DNA of 64,000 nucleotides from the human T2T-CHM13v2.0 reference genome, Homo sapiens. The stretch lies in NCBI RefSeq assembly GCF_009914755.1, contig NC_060931.1; one strand, 5' to 3'. Below, in pieces: positions 57,896 to 64,000 of this stretch (its first letter is position 1; every line of letters starts with the position of its first letter). The notes beneath the pieces were generated by a model. That model was not told the origin of the DNA, searched no databases, and saw only the letters and a program-made list of their open reading frames with translations. The position numbers and the translations under genes are program-made.

Positions 57896-58921
57896 TTACA
57901 ATTTGGCAAGTTTTTGCAGTGGCTGGTACCAGTTGTTTCTTTCCATGTTTAGTACTTCCTTCAGGAGCTCTTGTAAGGCAGGCCTGGTGGTGACAAAATC
58001 TCTCAGCATTTGCTTGTCTGTAAAGTATTTTATTTTTCCTTCACTTATGAAGCTTAGTTTGGCAGGATATGAAATTCTGGGTTGAAAATTCTTTTCTTTA
58101 AGAATGCTGAATATTGGCCCCCACTCTCTTCTGGTTTTTAGATCTCTCTGCTGAGAGATCTGCTGTTAGTCTGATGGGCTTCCCTTTGAGGGTAACTCAA
58201 CCTTTTTCTCTGGCTGCCCTTAACATTTTTTCCTTCATTTCAACCTTGGTGAATCTGATAATTATGTGTCTTGGGGTTGCTCTTCTCAAGGAGTATCTTT
58301 GTGGTGTTCTCTATATTTCCTGAATTTGAATGTTGGCCTGCCTTTCTATGTTGGGGAAGCTCTCCTGGATAATATCCTGAAGAGTGTTTTCTAACTTGGT
58401 TTCATTCTCCCCATCACTTTCAGGTGCACCAATCAAATGTAGATTTGGTTTTTTCATATAATCCCACATTTCTTGGAGGTCTTGTTCGTTTCTTTTTACT
58501 CTTTTCTCTCTAATCTTGTCTTCTCACTTTATTTCATTAATTTGATTTTCAATCACTGATATCCTTTCTTCCACTTGATCAAATCAGCTATTGAAGCTTA
58601 TGCATGCATCACGAAGTTCTTATGCCATGGTTTTCAGCTCCATCTGGTCATTTAAGATCTTCTCTACACTGTTTATTCTAGTTAGCCATTCATCTAACCT
58701 TTTCCCAAGGTTTTTAGCTTCCTTTTGATGGGTTAGAACATGCTCCTTTAGCTTGGAGAAGTTTGTTATTACCAACCTTCTAAAGCCTACTTCTGTCAAC
58801 TTGTCAAAGTCATTCTCTGTTTATTTTGTTCCATTGCTGGTAAGGAGCTGCAAACCCTTGGAGGAGAAGAGGTGCTCTGGTTTTCGGAATTTTCAGCTTT
58901 TCTTCTCTGGTTTCTCTGCAT
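57896..58921 (-). pseudogene. L1 ORF1, disrupted
   Basis: ATG CAG AGA AAC CAG AGA AGA AAA GCT GAA at 58921; no long ORF survives in the track. Confidence 0.8.
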
Positions 58922-59039
58922 CTTTGTGGTTTTATCTACCTTTTGTCTTTGATGTTGGTGACCTACAGATGGGGTTTTGGTGTGGATGTCCTTTTTGTTG
59001 ATGTTGATGCTATTCCTTTCTGTTTGTTCATTTTCCTTC

Positions 59040-59956
59040 TAACATGTCCCTCAGCTGCAGGTCTGTTGGAGTTTGCTGGAGGTCCACTCCAGACCCTGTT
59101 TGCCTGGGTATCATCAGCAGAGGCTGCAGAATAGCAAATATTGCAGAACAGCTAATATTGCTGCCTGATCTTTCCTCTGGAAGCTCCATCCCAGAGGGGC
59201 ACCCGCCTGCATGAGATGTCTGTCAACCCCTACTGGGACGTGTCTCCCAGTCAGGCTACATGTGGGTCAGGGACCCACTTGAGGAGGCAGTCTGTCCATT
59301 CTCAGAGCTTGAATGCTGTGCTGGGAGAACCACTGCTCTCTTCAGATCTGTCAGATAGGGACGTTTATGTCTGCAGAAGTTGTCTGCTGCCTTTTGTTCA
59401 GCTATGCCCTGCCCACAGAGGTGGAGTCTAGAGAGGCGGTAGGCCTTGCTGAGCTGTGGTGGGCTCCACCAGTTTGAGTTTTCTGGCCACCTTGTTTACC
59501 TACTCAAGCCTAGCAATGGCAGATGCCCCTCCCCCAGCCAGGCTGTAGCCTTGCAGGTCAATCTCAGACTGCTTCACTAGCAGTGAGCAAGGATCCATGG
59601 GCATGGGACCCACCGAGCCCGGCGAGGGAGGGAATCTCCTGGCCTACCAGTTGCTAAGACCATGGGAAAAGTGCAGTATTTGGACGGAAGTGTACCATTG
59701 CTCCAGGTACAGTCTGTCATGGCTTCCCTTGGGTAGGAAAGGGAAATCCCCTGACCCCTTGTGCTTCCCAGGTGAGGCGTTGCCCTGCCCTGCTTTGGCT
59801 CACCCTCCATGGACTGCACCCACTGTCCAACCAGTCCCAGTGAGATCAAGCAGGTACATCAGTTGGAAATGCAGAAATCGCCAGTCTTTTGCGTCGATCT
59901 CGCTGAGAGCCGCAGACCAGAGCTGTTCCTATTTGGCCATCTTGGAAGCGACTCCA
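59040..59956. promoter_or_regulatory. L1 5'UTR sense promoter (YY1 box AAGATGGCC) and antisense promoter/ORF0 region
   Basis: ggccatctt at 59935-59943; ORF0-like ATG GCA GAT GCC CCT CCC CCA GCC at 59516; antisense donor-like ccag|gtgagg near 59771. Confidence 0.6.
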
Positions 59957-60134
59957 AAACTTCCATTTTTTAAACCATGAGATCTCATGGGACTCATTCA
60001 CTGGCGTGAGAATAGCACAGGAAAGACCCACCCCCATGACTCAAACATCTCCAATGGGTCCCTCCCTCAACACATGGGAATTATGGGAGCTACAAGATGA
60101 GATTTAGGTAAGGACACAGAGCCAAACCATATTA

Positions 60135-60306
60135 GCTTTCTCTACTAAAAATACAAAAATTAGCCCGGTGTGGTGTCACAGGCCTGTGATTCCCAGCTAC
60201 TCAGGAGGCTGAGGTACAAGAATAGCTTGAACCCAGGAAGTGGACATTGCAGTGAGCCAAGATCATGCCACTGCACTCCAATCTGGGTGACAGAGCAAGA
60301 AAAAAA
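60135..60306 (+). mobile_element. AluS right part (continuation of 51589-51701)
   Basis: ctctactaaaaatacaaaaattagcccggtgtgg...gacagagcaagaaaaaaa; flanks ttgtatgt/tcatatgt are a CpG-decayed TSD. Confidence 0.9.
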
Positions 60307-61729
60307 GTCATATGTGTTTTAGGGTCTGTTCATGGGCCATTATGACTCAGTGAGTCAGCTATTTTTATAACAAATCATATTTCAAATTTGGTAAGATAAA
60401 TTCTTCCTCTCCTCTCCCAACTCATCTTTTAAAAAACATGTGAGATATTTAATTGTGTTAATTCAGGTAAATTTTGAAATAACATTTTAAAATTTCACTA
60501 AGATTTTGATTAGAAAGGCATTACTCATTTATACTGTAATTTAGGGACTGGCAGCATTTTAGCTGTTAGGAACAAGGCTAATGTATTTAGAAAAGTCTGT
60601 ATTCAGGACTTAGTTATTTTTATTTACTTGTCTTTATATTTTTTATTAGCTACTCTTACATATTTTAGTTATTTTCTATCTTTGAATCAAACCCCCTCAC
60701 TTTTAAAAGTATATAAACGTATTTTAAATTTCAGAAAAATTTTAAATAAAAAGTTATCAATGATTCTGTGCTATGAGGCTGTGGAAAAAACTATAACTGA
60801 GAAAGGTTTGGGAAGATTTGAAAAATGAAGTCCTCTAAAATAATAAATGACTCCAATGAGACATCTGTTTGAATAGGCAACTGGCTAGCAGCCTGCAGTG
60901 TATTCTCCCTTGATGGGTCCCTAAAATATCTATGAAGACACAGGAAAGCTAAGACAGTCAGCTGACCTAATGTTAGATTCTGAGAGGAATTGACACTAAT
61001 TACATGTCAGATGACACAGGACTGAGAAAAAGGCAAGCAGGGCTTATCTCATGGAAAATCTTGGCTTTGTTTAATGAAGCGGAAACTGTCTGAGCAAAGA
61101 GTGGAGGGTGCTTTGCATCTCCTCCACCATGCATACCAGGAAGCAAGGATTTAGGGCTTGTGCTAAAAAGGGAAATGGTGCATTCATTCTTCTGCCTCTA
61201 AGATGCTGATTGCGGGGTTGACAAGCATGCTATCTGCCCCGTTGCTTCTTTCTCTCTCATCTTTGTTTATCTACTCATTCAAAGACCTAGAAAAAGATTC
61301 AACCAAACAGCAGGGCCTAGTGTTGGCCCTGTGTAGAGAAGGACTTCATGTAACTCTCAGTAATAAGGCAGCCATTCCTTGCTAATCTTCAGGTGCTACT
61401 TTGTATAGCAAGTAGACTGCTATTTCAGCACACCTCCAATCTATTACTGCCATCCCAATTCTTATGGCCATCTTTCCATGTTCCAGCAGAGACATCTTTT
61501 ATGTGCAATAGATGTGGAGGGATGAATTTGTGGCACACTCACATTGTTGTCCAGGAAAGCCCTCTGTCTTGACTGTTTACTTATTTATCCATCCCCTTCC
61601 ATTCCTTATTCACATTCCTACTCCCCAGTAATCCTCTTGTTTTGAATGGAAATTATAAAATTTTAGATAAAGAAACACATCAAAATTTTCCAGTTGTTAA
61701 TGCTTTTGGCATTGTGTCTGAGAAGGCCT

Positions 61730-64000
61730 TTGCAGATACCTGTTATCTGGACCTGCTATCCACAGCTGTATAAACTGTAAAAAGTCAGAAACTGCTCACC
61801 AGTGTTGGACAGCAACCAACACAGTGCTATATTTTTGGAGAAATGAGAAGCATGGGAGGTGAGCTCCATATTTACTCAGACTTACTCCCTAAGGGCATTT
61901 TCCAAACCATGGCACAGAAAAATAGAGTCCCCGCATACAGCAGTAATTTCATACAATAAAATAAACAAAGATGGGAGTTTGGATTGCTAGGGTGGCTGGG
62001 ATTTGTGTGGTTGGGCACTGGATGAGAGGAAGCTGCAGAAAGGAAGCTCAAAAAAATCAGTTTGAAAATATTGCTTGTTTCCTCAGCCAACTCCAAAGCT
62101 GTGCATGCCCAAGATGGGACTGTAGAAGGCAGAACTCAACAGCACTGAGAGGCCAAAAGCTGAATAGATATTTTAGAGGTCAGAGTGGAATATGTTAAAA
62201 TTTTGGCTAGTCGGAGTGGAAGGACTTTGGTAAACACTTCTGAGAACCCAGGAAGGCCATACCCTAGGAGGAAGGATAGGCTCCAGAAATAAAACAAGTT
62301 TCTGAAAAATTAGGCCTGGGGGGGAAAGTGCCTGGGGTGCAAACTTGCATGACTCAGAATGAAGACCTCGTTTGATGATGTGCTCTGGGTGCCTCATGTG
62401 CTGCATCTTAGTGTTGGTCCTGTAGAGGAGGACTTCATGTAACTCTCGGTAATATGCTAAAGCAAACTCAGGAAAAGATGGATAAGATGGGTGAACCAAA
62501 AAGTATTTTAATACAGAATTAAAATAATCAAATGGATATCTAATAATTGAAATATTGGAAATAAATGAAACAGTGAATGAATTAACCTCGGGCTGGAGAG
62601 ACAGAGTAGAAATCAGAAATAATGAGTTCAAAAAGAGATTGGTATAGCTAAATGGAAGCATAGAGAGAAAAAAAATGAAAAACAAAACACCATAATCCTA
62701 GAGATAGAGGGTAAAAGCCATGTAGGACATAGAAGGTTTAACAGAAGTGTAAGTGGGGTCCCCCCAGAAAGAGGAGAGAGAGACTGAGGAATTACATTAT
62801 AATTCAAAAACAGGAAGATAAATTGAAAATCTCTCAGAATTTTTTTTAAAAACACACTTGTAAATGACTCATAGATCAAAGAAGCAATTATAATAGAATT
62901 TAGTAATTACTCTGAGCTGAAAGGGAATAATTAAAATAAGAGTAAATGAAAAAGAAAACAGACATATAATAGAGAAAATCAACCAGGTCAAAAGTTGGTT
63001 CTTTTAAAAAACATTGATACATCACTGGTAAGATGCTACAAGAAAAAAAACAAGAGAGAAGGAAAACACAAATTACCATCGTATGTTTAAAAGAGAACAA
63101 TTACTACAGATTTGACAACATCTAAAGAATGATGCAAGGATATTCTAAAGAACTTTATGCTATTAAAATTGAAAATCTAAATGAAATGAACAAATTCCTT
63201 GGGGAAAAAAACTTATCAAAACGAACACAAGAAGCAGCACAAAAATTTAAGTATTTAATATCTTCATAAAATGAATCAAATATCATCCCACAAATAAAAC
63301 TTCTGGACCAGATGGCTTTACTGGTGACCTCTCCTGTACATTTAATACAAAATTTATTAATCTTACATAAATTCAGTGACCTCTCCTGTACATTTAATAC
63401 AAAATTTATTAATCTTACATAAATTCTTTCTGAGAATAAAAAGGAAAACATCTTTTCATTGTTTTACAAAGTGAATATAATCTTGATACTACAACCACAT
63501 AAGGACATAAGAACAAAGGAAAATAAAAGCTGATGTCTCTCAAGAACAAATTATTAGCAGCCAACATTTGGCAACATAAAAAAGAGATAATAAATCATGT
63601 TCAAGTAGAGCTCATTCTGGGGATGAAAATTTATTTTAACATTCTGAACTCAATAATCACCACATTTAAAAATCAAATGAGAAAAATTATGAAATCTGAT
63701 TTGATGAAGAAAAAGCAGTTGATAAAACGTAACACTGATTCATTTTGAAACCCTCAGCAAACTAGGAAGAGAGAACTTTCTAATTTTAAAAAGAATATCT
63801 ATAAATATTACTGATAGTGATATACTTAATGGAGAAATATTAAACACTTTCTCCCTGATTTTAGGAATGCAACAAAGATGCCCCATATTCCCACTTACAT
63901 TCAGTATTGTAGTAGATGTTCTAATCAGCTCAGTGAAGTGAGAAAAGAAGCAAAATATGTAAAGACTGGAAAACAGTACAACAGTCTTTATTCTCAGATA
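61730..64000 (+). mobile_element. Old L1M: 5' region, ORF1 piece, jump to ORF2; runs off the window
   Basis: aatatgctaaagcaaactcaggaaaagatgg (ORF1); cttctggaccagatggctttactggtga and aacaaagatgccccatattcccactt (ORF2). Confidence 0.8.
63324..63426. repeat. Perfect 52-bp tandem duplication
   Basis: gtgacctctcctgtacatttaatacaaaatttattaatcttacataaattc(a) x2, no mismatches. Confidence 0.97.

Noticed and set aside
62173-62685. Longest ORF in the track (170 aa, minus strand)
   Set aside because: Antisense of A-rich old L1 ORF1/UTR; F/S/L-biased with no domain.

Overview
Primate (most likely human) intergenic or intronic DNA that is AT-rich, CpG-depleted and largely made of interspersed repeats. These include about 10 Alus (AluJ/S/Y), many L1 fragments, one full-length ~6.15 kb L1PA6/7-type LINE, a complete THE1A MaLR provirus, MLT1/ERVL LTRs, MIR/L2/CR1 relics and DNA transposons (MER81, MER3, MER5A, MER47A, MER94 and a Ricksha MULE with transposase remnants). 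No intact protein-coding gene, RNA gene or CRISPR array is supportable; almost every ORF in the track is repeat-derived or chance. I cannot support a new protein-coding system here. The best observations are: (1) a ~210-bp inverted copy of neighbouring unique DNA inserted into the Ricksha transposase with a 10-bp target duplication (Pack-MULE-like or templated capture); (2) a probable AmnSINE1 relic, from a family known for exaptation as enhancers; (3) a four-level nest L1ME>Alu>THE1A>L1PA with an ORF0-derived frame reading into the LTR; (4) candidate minus-strand exons with matching phases; (5) a candidate L1 3' transduction and further templated or tandem duplications. Repeat names come from my recall of consensus sequences, subfamily calls are approximate, and boundaries of old repeats are uncertain by tens of bp.
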